A DNA stretch of 64,000 bases from Camelus dromedarius (Eukaryota): contig NC_087437.1 in assembly GCF_036321535.1 (NCBI RefSeq), forward strand, positions 115,694,001 to 115,758,000, in the 5' to 3' direction. The position numbers and the translations under genes were made by a program. The notes under the pieces were generated by a model. That model was given only the letters and a program-made list of their open reading frames with translations. It ran no database searches and was not told the DNA's origin. Within the stretch, counting starts at the first letter, position 1; every line of letters begins with the position of its first letter. Positions 1 through 10,870 of this stretch are shown here, in pieces.

Positions 1-1505
1 TATGGGTCTAATACCTTTTCTGTTGAAAACCGGACGTATTAAACCATATGCTGTGGAAACTCTTGAAATCACATCTCCCAGGCTCTGTTGGCAACAGCTG
101 CTGTTTGTTTACGAACTTTCCTGAACCAAATTTATCACGTCTGTTTCCTTCGTCATGTGTGGCCACTGGGATTTTGAGGAAACTTGCCAACAGGACAATA
201 ATGACCAAGTCTGGGAATGGGGCTTTTTTGGGTGGGAACACGCCCTGACTACCCCAGCTGGAAAGAGGAAGATGGGCCTAGGGCGAGTTAAAATGCTACA
301 AAGCTCACATTTCTTACCAAGAGTCAGTCATTTTTCTTGAATAAATCTCCTCAAATTGTTGCCAGCCTTTGGTTAATTTCCAGAGTACTGAAAAAGTTGC
401 TTTTGACAATTTTCTGTCATTTGTAGCCAGGCCTAACTTCAACATTTGATGGGAACTCACTTTTCTATCACATCCGGGTTTGCAAAGCTCTTTGCACAGC
501 ATTCCCTGGATTCCATCTTTAATTCACCTCACCCACATGCTATCTGATGCTCCCCGGTGCTGGCCTCTCTGGGTAACTCTGGCCTTTATTCCAGGCCTTC
601 ATCACATCTGGGCATTTTGCTTTCCATTTTCAGCTGAGCCTTGAGGACAGGAAGGGCCTGATTTCCGATGATAGAATCATCATGCTTTCCATGAATAAGT
701 GATTGGAGATTTGACTAAACTTTGGATCTAGACTTCCAGGTCGGTTTTCCTGATACACCTTTTTGAAATTAAAGAACAGATATAATGAGCTAACCCTTTG
801 TTGGGGGTATATGTGTGTGTGTGTGTGTGAAAATCCCTGAGAAGCCAGAAGGAGGAATAACTGGTTGAGCAGAGAAGGAAGGAGAGCCAACAAGAGGGTG
901 TGTCCTCACCTGTCCCAGCTCCACCAGAAAGGCTGGTGGGTGGGTCCTGTGGACTGCCTCCAGGCAGGCTATGTGGATGTGTGGCTTCTCAGAACCATCC
1001 TTCCGGAGGGAGACAGGGAGAACTCATCTACTAGATTCTCCCGGTCTGTCTCCCAGTGCCAAATTTCCCTTCACAGAGCATCAGCTTCCCACACTTCTGG
1101 GTCTTGCCACCTGCCCAGGAAGCCCCAAGAGTAGGAACCTCTCCTGGGGTGCTATCACCCCATCTCTGGTCAGCCTGCCTTTTTTCTTTTAGGGAGCATG
1201 TGATTTTGGTTCTGTCTTTCCACAGAGCCCTTCTGCTTGGTGGTGGAACAACTATTACCTTTTGCTTCTAGGGGGGTGAAATGGTCCCCAGGATGCTTCC
1301 CACCCAGGGATGCTGTCACTCTCATTAACATGACTGACAACTCTTCCCTAAGGGGGAAAAGACAAATCATAGAAACAAAACCGTCAAACAAAAATGAGAT
1401 ATTGTTAACTTATTTAAAAAGACCTGAAGGGTATATCCTTGCATCCCCTAACCCCCACTGTCACAGGGAACGTGGCCGATGCCCAGGGAGACTGGCCACT
1501 CTGTG

Positions 1506-2600
1506 CAGGTAGAGCTAGGTTTTCTGAGGCTTGAAGCTTGTATTATTGGGGGAGTCATTTTAATAACAAATAACATTAAATAATGAATATGGAGTTAGAT
1601 ATGACCGTGAATATTTAGGAGAGAAAAATCACCATCACTTATAAATTTAATAACACCCACATTAAAAAGTCCAGAAAAGTAACATATTATTTTATTAATT
1701 AACTGCCAGAACATCCTCTTATCCCCTCTGTATTTTTTTAGCTGCATATTTTTGCTTTCCCCTTCATATGACAACAATTTTTAAATATATTTTAAAAGAG
1801 AGAATAGATTGGTAATTCAGTCTTTCCTCTGGCATAAGTGATCAATACTTATTTATTATTGACAGTTCGGCAAAGATTAACTAATCAACTAATTACTCAA
1901 TTAATTATAACCTAACAACACGTTATTGGTAATGTCATGTAAAGTTTTAGGGTTGTTCTTAAGATTGGGGCCATCTCTGCTGAATTTCTTCCGCATATGA
2001 GCTTTAAGATCGCAAGGCACTTCAAATTTGCTTGTAATTGACTACTCTTAAACAGTCTGAACTGACACCCCTCTTTAACCTGACGGTTGTCAATGTCCTT
2101 GTTGTAGAGGCATGTTAGGAGTTTCACATGATCTTCCTCAGTGTCACATAAGCAAAAAATCGAAATCTTATTTCAGTGTGATCCTGTGATTCACTTCTCA
2201 TTATTAATTGGTTACCAAATCATTCAAGAAACCATTATTTCTATTAGAAATTTATTTCCTTGGCTTGATGATTTACTGTTGTTAGAATCATCTAAACGTT
2301 TTTGTCATTAAAATTCTCTTTTCAATAGTGCATAGATTTCCGTTGTTCATTTCTCATGTTTGTTGCCTTTTAAATATTCTATTAATTTTTCTGTGCATCT
2401 TCTCTCAGTGCTTAAACAAATTTTAGTGTCAAAAAAGGCACTTTTTATAAATGTTCATACGAGTCTGTAATTTCTCACTTATTTTATTGAAACATTCCAA
2501 AACATGTTTTCAAATTGCAGCTAAACTGGCCTATTCAGGTTTTATCAACTTTTTTGAATAATTTTTTTTTTTCATTCCTGTTGTGTTTCGGTTTCTCTCT
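1506..2600. mobile_element. Ancient hAT-type DNA transposon remnant (MER53/OldhAT1-like); right boundary uncertain
   Basis: Start caggtagagctaggttttctgaggcttgaagcttgtattattggggg resembles the MER53-type terminus, followed by a long AT-rich block. Confidence 0.4.
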
Positions 2601-3029
2601 TGAATCTTCAAAAACATGTATTAGAGTCCTTATAGTATTATTATATGCAAGTTAGAAGGCTTGAATGAATTTATAATAGGTCTTTGTATAATTAGGCTCT
2701 TCAAAGAAAAATCCAGTTGATAATATGTGCTTAAAATACTCAATCACTGAACCTGAAAAGAAAACGGATTAACTATTGCAACATATCACAGTAGTTAACA
2801 ACGTTAGGTCTTATGAAGGCAATTTTTTGTCCTATGAGATTAAAGAAATGAGATTCTCACGGCAAATATATTATGGTATTCATGTTACCACACCAGGTAA
2901 ATTGAACAGTGGGCAGGAGGAGTATTCCTGGAAATCATTTCTGCACCCAACTAGTTTCTCATTTCATTTCTCTGCTGAAATTCCTTATATTTTCACCAGT
3001 TTTGCCCATATTGCTCTCTAAAAATGTTA

Positions 3030-4900
3030 ACATATAAAAATACATTTAAAATCTTTATTTGCTCATGGTCAGCTCTGGGTCATCCCTGGGTCTGTTTCTA
3101 TTAACTACTTTTTCTCCTATTTATGGGTCCTAATTTCTGGCTTATTCACAAGTCTTTTAGTTTAGTTTAGTTTAGTTTTTTTTTTTTTCCAATTAAATGC
3201 TACAGTTTGAATACAACAAAGCAGTGAAAACTGACAGAAGTAATTTTTTCCCAGGAAGTGCTTGCTCTTTGGTGAGTCAGGCATCTTGGACTAGGATCTG
3301 GTCTTTCCATTAGTTGAGGTGAATTAGGACTGCGGTTCCCACTCTAGTTAATTTAATTCACCTCTGGTTTTAAAGATCTTGAGTGTGGGGTCGCCGTCCT
3401 TCCAGCAGGACTGTGAGATCTGAGCATCATGATCCCACACAATTTCTCTTTGGTTTCCTGTGTCATCCTCCTGGCCGCCATTTGCTCAGTAAATTTCTGT
3501 GGGAGAGAGTTGGTAGAAAGTGATGTCTGACTCTGCGTTTGGGACTCCACCAGATTCAAGTCTACACATCAGCTGCTAAATACTCAGTTTCTCCTTGTTC
3601 CCCCAGCTTTTCTCTGCCTGTAGCAGACTTGTGTTCCTGCCCATCCAGGCGCCTGTACTTGACAACTTACCCCCCCGTAATGGAAGAGGCCATTGATTTG
3701 TGCTCAGTGAAGAAGGGCTCTTCTTTCTCTGGATTTCAGTCTGTTTGGACTTCTTTGAATCTACAGTTCTTCAATGGCTATACAGAAAAATACAATTTTA
3801 AGCTTATCCAGTGCTTCCTCACTGCTACGCTGTAGGGGTGGTCTTTTGTGATCTTTTACATCTTATACAGAAATGGAACCTCTTCATTTGGTTTTGATTT
3901 TGCACTATGTTGATTTTGTTTATACTTTATTTCTTTTAAGCCATTACTTGTTGTGTTTATTGCCTTTAATGTCTCTTCTAGTTTAGTTTTTCTGATAATT
4001 TTTCCTCATACATTGAACCCTGTTCTGTGTTCTGTCACCTGTCCTTTCAAAGCTTATATTTCTGAATGTTTCTGATTTTGATTTAAGTTACACCTTAATA
4101 CTATCTATCATTTTCTTAATTCCTTTCACCTCATTTCAAATATTATGTTACATTTTCACCTGCACTGTGCAGCTGAGCATTGTTTTGCTCTCATTGTCTG
4201 TAAGGATAGTATTATGATCTTTTCCTCTTTCTTCTTGTATTAACTTTATTTTAGAATTGGCCATGATCATTTTCTTTTGCATTTTGGTTTTTGTTTTTAA
4301 GTGAAGTGAGTTTTTCTGTATTTGTAGGAGTGAGGGATACACCAAGATAGGTTTTCTAGCTTCCTGGCTGTGGCGCTCCCTCTCCTGCTTCTGCAAAGTG
4401 ATTAAAAAAAAATTGCATTTTCTGAGCTCTGACATTCTGACCCCTTCCCCTTCTTTTTTTCCTGTACCACCTCTGTTCTCTGCACCATTTCTTCCTGATC
4501 ACCTCATTGTGAAGTTTGCCTTGACAGGTAGGTTCTGTGTAGTGTTTTTGAGGGCTTCTAGACTGCTCCTTCATGGTCAGAATGGTGTCCCATGGTCCCC
4601 TTGTACACCCCTGTGAATTGGATGCTACCATTCTCAAATTGGACCTCTGTGCTTTCAGGGAATACAGGTGAGCAATGCTGTGGTTTTCCTGTTTTCTGCC
4701 CTGTTGGAATTCCTCTCTTTCCTCCTGCACGGATCCCCAGCCACACGCGTCTCGTGGCTGTTGGTGATTTACCCCACAAGCTCCTTCTGTGATACCTTGG
4801 GATACCTTGTCACTTACTTCGTTGTAGAAGTTCAAGGTCTTTGATTCTGATACACTCTCTGCTTGGTCTGTTTTGATGGGGGAACTTGGGAGAGATTAAA
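3030..4900 (-). mobile_element. Very old L1/HAL1-like fragments
   Basis: T-rich plus strand with degenerate L1 5'/ORF1-like phrases; no intact ORF; boundaries approximate. Confidence 0.35.
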
Positions 4901-5134
4901 ATATGCCTCATAATCTTCCCAGAATCCTCATCATAGTTATTTTCAAATGATCACAAAAGAAAAAAAAAAGAATTTGCTGATTATTCACCTCTGATGCCAG
5001 TCAGTTGGGCTATTTCTAGAGAGGATGGTTCCATCCCAGTTTGGTGGCTAAACAAGGGTGTGTCACCCCCTGTGACTGTTTGCATAGAATCCCACAAGCC
5101 CCCATCTAGTTCCTTCACAGCTTGTATTTTCTCT

Positions 5135-5517
5135 TTTCTGGGCTGAATAGTGTTCCCCCTAGATTTGTGTATTGACCTCCTGACCCCCAGTACCTCAGGG
5201 CACGACTGTATTTGGAGATAGGACCTTTAAAGAGGTCATTAAGTTTAAATGAGATTATATGAACAGGCTGTAATCCAGTAGGACTGGTGTCCTTATCCGA
5301 AGAGGAGATTCAGATACAAGAGGTGCAGGGGGAGACTGTGGGAAGTCACAGGGAGAAGACGGCCGTCTGTGAGCCAAGGGAGGGGCCTCAGGATGGAACC
5401 AGCCCTGCTGACACCTTGGTCTCAAACTTCTGGCCTCCAGAACTGTGAGAAAGTACGTTTCTCTTTGAAGCCTCCCGGTCTGTGGTACTTTGCTGTGGCG
5501 TCCCTGGCGTAATCCAC
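5135..5517 (+). mobile_element. MaLR solo LTR (MLT1-like)
   Basis: gggctgaatagtgttcccc...gactgtatttggagataggacctttaaagaggtcattaag...tggcctccagaactgtgaga...tgtggtactttg, characteristic of MLT1. Confidence 0.85.
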
Positions 5518-5540
5518 CCCCTACCTCTGCCCGCCCCCCC

Positions 5541-5543
<3 letters not shown>

Positions 5544-5601
<58 letters not shown>

Positions 5602-5634
5602 AATCCACCCCCTACCTCCGCACCCCACCCAGTA

Positions 5635-5671
<37 letters not shown>

Positions 5672-5672
5672 A
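5544..5672. repeat. (CA)n and (TC)n(CA)n microsatellites within a short duplicated unit
   Basis: Directly visible; the two arrays are each preceded by cgtaatccaccccctacctc...cagtac. Confidence 0.95.
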
Positions 5673-7099
5673 AATGCACACACTGCTCGTGAGAATCTGT
5701 TCCCAGTTCTGGAGTCAAAAGACCATATCAGGGCCCTGTTTTGCCTCTTGACATATAAGAATAGTTCCCTAGACCTTTCACTTCTTTAAAAAACTCATTC
5801 TGTGGAGAGAATAAGCGACAATAGTTTTCATTTTACTTTGTGATCTTGGCTCGGGCAGAACCTGGAGGTGACGGACCCTCTGTCTGTTGTCTGATCAGGT
5901 CTTCCTCTTCTAGCTGCGCCGGCGAGTGTTTACGTTCACTAAATACATTCTCTTCATTCTCTGTCTCTCAGACTTCCACCCCAGAGTCTTTCTGGAGAGG
6001 GAGCATGACAGAAAGCGGGCAGGCCTTGTTGGAAGAGAGGGATAGGCTCAAGCCTTTCGGTTGCTCCCCTGTGTGGGCTGCTGGGTGAGGTGCCTGACAT
6101 CTCTGAGCCTTTGCGTCCTCCTTTGAAACTGAGAAATGATGTTCCTCCTTGAAGGACAGGCATGAGGGTCACACGAGATAAAGCTGTAATTTGCTTCCTG
6201 ACACATAATGGATATCAGATAACTGCTGTTTCCCATTTTTTCCTTCTTTCTTCTTCCAACCACAGTTAGCTAGAAAAAAACCAATTATGGACCAAAGAAA
6301 ATTCCAGTTAATTGAGTATATGTTTAAATTTGTGCGAGTTAGCAATGTATTACTCTCCATATTCCAAAATAAATGATGTCAGCGGGGGTTGAAAGTGATG
6401 ATGCTTCCAAACTTGGGAAGCACCCCACTCAGCTGTTCCTCTGACAGCTCGCTGAGCATACCCCTCTCTGCAGCAACACACGCTGCCTCAAGAATTCTCT
6501 ATGCATGTTTTTATTCAGTAACTGGCAAGCTGATGTCCCACCTAGTGGTCAGCGGGAGGTAGCCCATTTGGAAAAGAAATGAGAAGACATTGCATATTAT
6601 CCGCTGCTGGGCAGAAGCCTGGAGAACAATCAGTTCATCTTTTTCTCTTCACTGACAGAGGCCCAGGTGGTGTGCAGCCTGAAGTGTGAGAAGAGGGGCG
6701 GGGCGTAGTCCGTGTGCAGGTGCCGTGGCAACGGTGGGGCTAGTGTGGGAGGTTCTGAGAGAGCTTCTGCTTGAGGAAGAGTCACCAAGTTAAGACGCAT
6801 ACTTTTCTGAATTAGCAAGAAATTGACTGTACTGACAGTGTAGGGCATTTCCAGGTTGGAATAACATCTTTACAGCGTTGTGAGTGAATCTAGATCTGTT
6901 TTATGCCCATTCTGTTCAACTGAGTAATGTTTAACAACCCCTGTATCCATGGGCTTAGCTGCTGTGGCACTAGAGTGACAGCTAGAAAAAAAAAAAAGAT
7001 TAAAATTAAATCCAATTAAGATTAAAAGATAAAAATTTAAAATTTTAATTCAATTAGAATTTCTTTAAAAATCAAATTAAAAAAGAGGCATATTTTTGA

Positions 7100-8371
7100 A
7101 TGGTTTTCTTAAAATATGAAGGGTTTCAAATATACAGAAAACTTCATGGCAAGCAGCACGTTTACCACCCAGCTCTGTTGAGTTTTGTCATATTTGTCAT
7201 TTTTCCAATATTTTGTCATACTTTCTTCTTATTTCTTTAAGAAGCAAAAAGGACACAAATGGTGGGCCAAGCTCCCAGCATGTCCTCGCATCACCCCTTT
7301 CTTTGCCTGGTCTCTCACCCGGGGATAACTGTCATCTCGAATTTGAAAATTCTATTAACAATCTTAGATGTGAATCCGTATTTTCGCATGTGTTCAGAAT
7401 GTATTTTATTGATGTCATACTGTAGGTATTTTTTTCTATTGCAAACAAATAATGGAATAAACTCTCTTGTGCCACTTTCCCAATGGAACGTCTGTGGGAG
7501 TTTTCTAATATTTTCCTAGAAATGGAACTGATGGATTGAAGAGCAAATATTTTCTTTCCAGATTGTAGCAAATTACCCTTCAAATAGCCACTGCTTGTAA
7601 GTGATCTCATCACTTTATGTCTGCATAAATATTTTATGCAGTTTGATGGTTATAAAATAATTCTTCTAAATATTTTCCAAATATTTTCCAGTTTGATGGT
7701 TATAAAATATTTCAGTGTTTTAATTTTTATTTCCCTAATGAGTACTTACATTGGGCATCTTTTTATGTTTTTCGGCCTTGCATTTAGCTTTCTTGTGAAT
7801 GATCTGTTGGTATCTTTTGCCTTTTATTTTCCTATTGGATTTTTTTTCTTACTGATTCTCAAGAGTTCCTCATATATTCCAAATATGAATCTTTTATTTC
7901 AATTATGTGTTTGCGAATATCTTCTCCCAGTCTGTGACTTACTGTTTTTTAGTAAAAAATTTTTAATTGAACTGTATAGCACGCACACATACAAATGCAC
8001 AGATCATAAATGTAGATCTCAACAAATTTTCACAAAATAGAAGTACCCATTAATAACCAGTCAGATCAGGAATTAGACTATAACATGCTCCCACTTCAGG
8101 ACCATTCTAAGATCTGCCACACTTCAGAGGTAAGTACTATGCAGCTTCTGTGTAATTTTGTCTTGTTTTGAACTTTGTACAAATGAAATCTTATGGTATA
8201 TACTCTTTGTTTTTTTTCACTCAACATTAAATTTATGAGATTCATTTATAGTATTTTGTGCAGCAGTAATTATTTTCCATTGCTATTTAACAGCTCATTG
8301 TATGCACGTGCTATATTCAGCAATCCCTCCAACTATTAAAAATATTTGGGTAATTTCCATTTTTGGACCAT
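7100..8371 (-). mobile_element. Old L1M 3' fragments
   Basis: Degenerate L1 3' region phrases such as ttttaatttttatttccctaatg, gggcatctttttatgttt, cactcaacattaaatttatgagattcattt. Confidence 0.6.
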
Positions 8372-8449
8372 TATAGTTCCCTGTGCTATACAGAAGGTCC
8401 TTGTTGTTTATCTATTTTATATATAGTAGTTGTTGTTTATCTATAGAGA

Positions 8450-8735
8450 AGCGCCTGCCTGAGTTCTGTGAGTTATTCTAGAGGATTAACAAACCTGAGG
8501 AAGGGGTCTTGGGACCCTCTGATTTATAGCCGTGTGGCCAGAGGCTGGGTGGCCCAGGACTTGTGACTGACATCTGAAGTGGGGGCAGCCTTGAGGGACT
8601 GAATGAACCCTTTAACCCTCTAACTATCCAGGTGGATAGTGTCAGAATTGAATTGAATTGCTGAATGCCCAGTTGATGTTGGAGAGTTGGAGAAGTGGTT
8701 TTGGAAAAGATACCACATATTTGGGGTCAGGAGGA
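8450..8735 (+). mobile_element. MER21-like LTR, 3' portion only
   Basis: cctgagttctgtgagttattctag...catctgaagtgggggcagcc...caggtggatagtgtcagaattgaattg are MER21 hallmarks. Confidence 0.75.
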
Positions 8736-8829
8736 AAAAAACTTCTCAGGATTGTACTTAATATATGTGTGGTGCCAGTCACGGAGTGAGCAATTAGCAA
8801 ATTCATTCACTTTTTTCCCCTTGAGGTTG

Positions 8830-9412
8830 TTTTTATTTTTAATTTTTTTTTATTATTTAAGCAGAGTTGATTTACAATGTTGTGTTAGTTTCTGGTGTAC
8901 AGCATAGTGATTCAGATGTATGTATATATTCTTTTTCAGATTCTGTCCCATTATAGGTTATTATGAGATATTGAATATAGTTCCCTGTGCTATACAGAAG
9001 GTCCTTGTTGTTTATCTATTTTATATATAGTAGTCATATATGCTAATCCCAAACTCCTAATTTATCCCTCTTTTCCCCTTTGATAACCATAAGCTTGTTT
9101 TCCAAGTCTGTGAGTCTGTTTCTGTTTTGTAAACAAGTTCATTAGCATCATTGCTTTAGACCCCACATATAAATGATCTCATATGGTATTTGTCTCTGTC
9201 TGACTTACTTCACTTAGTATGACATCTCCAGGTCCATCCACGTGGCTGCAAATGGCATTGTTTCATTATTTTTTATGGCTGAGTAGTATTCCATTGTATA
9301 AATATGCCACATCTTCTTTATCCAGTCATCTGTTGATGGACACTTAGGTTGCTTCCATGTCTTGGGTATTGTAAATAGTGCTGCTGTGAACATTGGGTGC
9401 ATGTATCTTTTT
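8830..9412 (-). mobile_element. 5'-truncated lineage-specific L1 (ORF2 C-terminus + 3'UTR)
   Basis: ORF 9214-9402 MFTAALFTIPKTWKQPKCPSTDDWIKKMWHIYTMEYYSAIK is the L1 ORF2 end; T-rich tail at about 8830-8857. Confidence 0.92.
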
Positions 9413-10689
9413 GAACAAGCTCACTCATTTATTGTACAAATATTTACTGTGCAATTGTCTCATAACAGACACTGTTCCAAGCACTTTGATGGTGAATCAA
9501 GTATAAAAAGTCCCTGCCCACGTAGGGCTTCTTTCCCTCCCACGTCCTGGCAGCGCCATGTCCCGGCAAGTCTACGTCTAGTGTCTGCTGTGTATGTATG
9601 TGCTCCTTATCCTCGCCCCACAGTCGTGACCCCACAGGGCTCTTTGTACCCATTATTGGCCTCCCAGACGCCTCTGCATCTAGAGGACTCTTCCCAAAAC
9701 ACAGCATGAGTGTGCCAGCCCTTCTGTAAAGATTGTCAAGGGCCCCAACAGCCCGGCCTCAGAGGGCAAGTGGAGGCTGGAGTCGCATGGCCCTGCATCC
9801 TCAGCCTGCCCCATGTTGATCATCTCTTGGCCTCAGTTTCCCTGAGTGTAAATTAGCCGAGTTAACTAAAAGTGTTGCCAAGCTGGGATCCCCCGGCCCA
9901 ACCCTGTAACATGGGGGAAGGATGCCGGGGGGTCTCAGGCAGCTTTGCTCCCCACCCCCTGCCCCCTGACATCACAGTTAAAAGCTCAGGGGCTAATCTT
10001 ACTTCTTATGCTTTTAGGTCATTATGTGGGGCACCATTATGCCCTCTCCACGGTGGTATAATGTTGCCAGGATTTGGGGGTGTTGGGCGATCTGGACTGA
10101 GCTCAGTGATGGAGTGGTGAGCCCTGGGGTTTCTCAGCTGCCTCCCGTCTCAGGCGCCAGCGCCATCTCGTGCCCCATCCACGTGGAGCTAGAGGGGCCA
10201 CCTCACTGAGAAGAGAACTCTTCTAGAATGCAGAAGGTTGCTCCTTATTTTTGTAAGAGTCTCAGTTTTTTTAACCTAATGTGCACAATCTTCTTATTTT
10301 AGGTGCTGAATTAGTAACATGAGCTCAACTTTACGGAAGAAATGATAACATTCAAAAATATTTGTCTCGGGTGGTGGTAAGCAGCAGTGGATTGCTAATG
10401 AAATAATTAGAAGTGGCTGCTTGAAGTTTCCCCAGTCTTAATAATGTGGATTTTCCTCATTAGTGGTGACAGATTGACAGATGAGGCTGACAGGCATTTT
10501 GACAGCCAGACCCACTAGAAACAATTCTTTTACAAATTATTGCCATTCTGGCCTTCAAAGATTCCAGAAATTTCTGTTAGCTGAGGGACCATGGGTGCAT
10601 GGATATCTTAGCTTCAGATGCTGGAGGGGTCTCAACATACGTGGGAGGACAACCAGGATGCTTTGTGCAGATGCTCCATCAGAAGGTAG

Positions 10690-10870
10690 ATGAGACTCTT
10701 GGCTCCCCCTCTTGCCAGCCATGAAACCTAGGGCAGGTTACTGAAACTTTCTGAGCCTCAGTTTTTTCATCTCTAAAATGGGAATAATTAAACCTAGCCC
10801 ATCACGTGTTGTGGGGAGTCTCATGTATTAATGTGCGTGAAGCACTTAGCCCAGTACCCAGTATTTGGAG
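10690..10870 (+). mobile_element. MIR SINE
   Basis: Core gggcaggttactgaaactttctgagcctcagttttttcatctctaaaatgggaataat. Confidence 0.75.
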
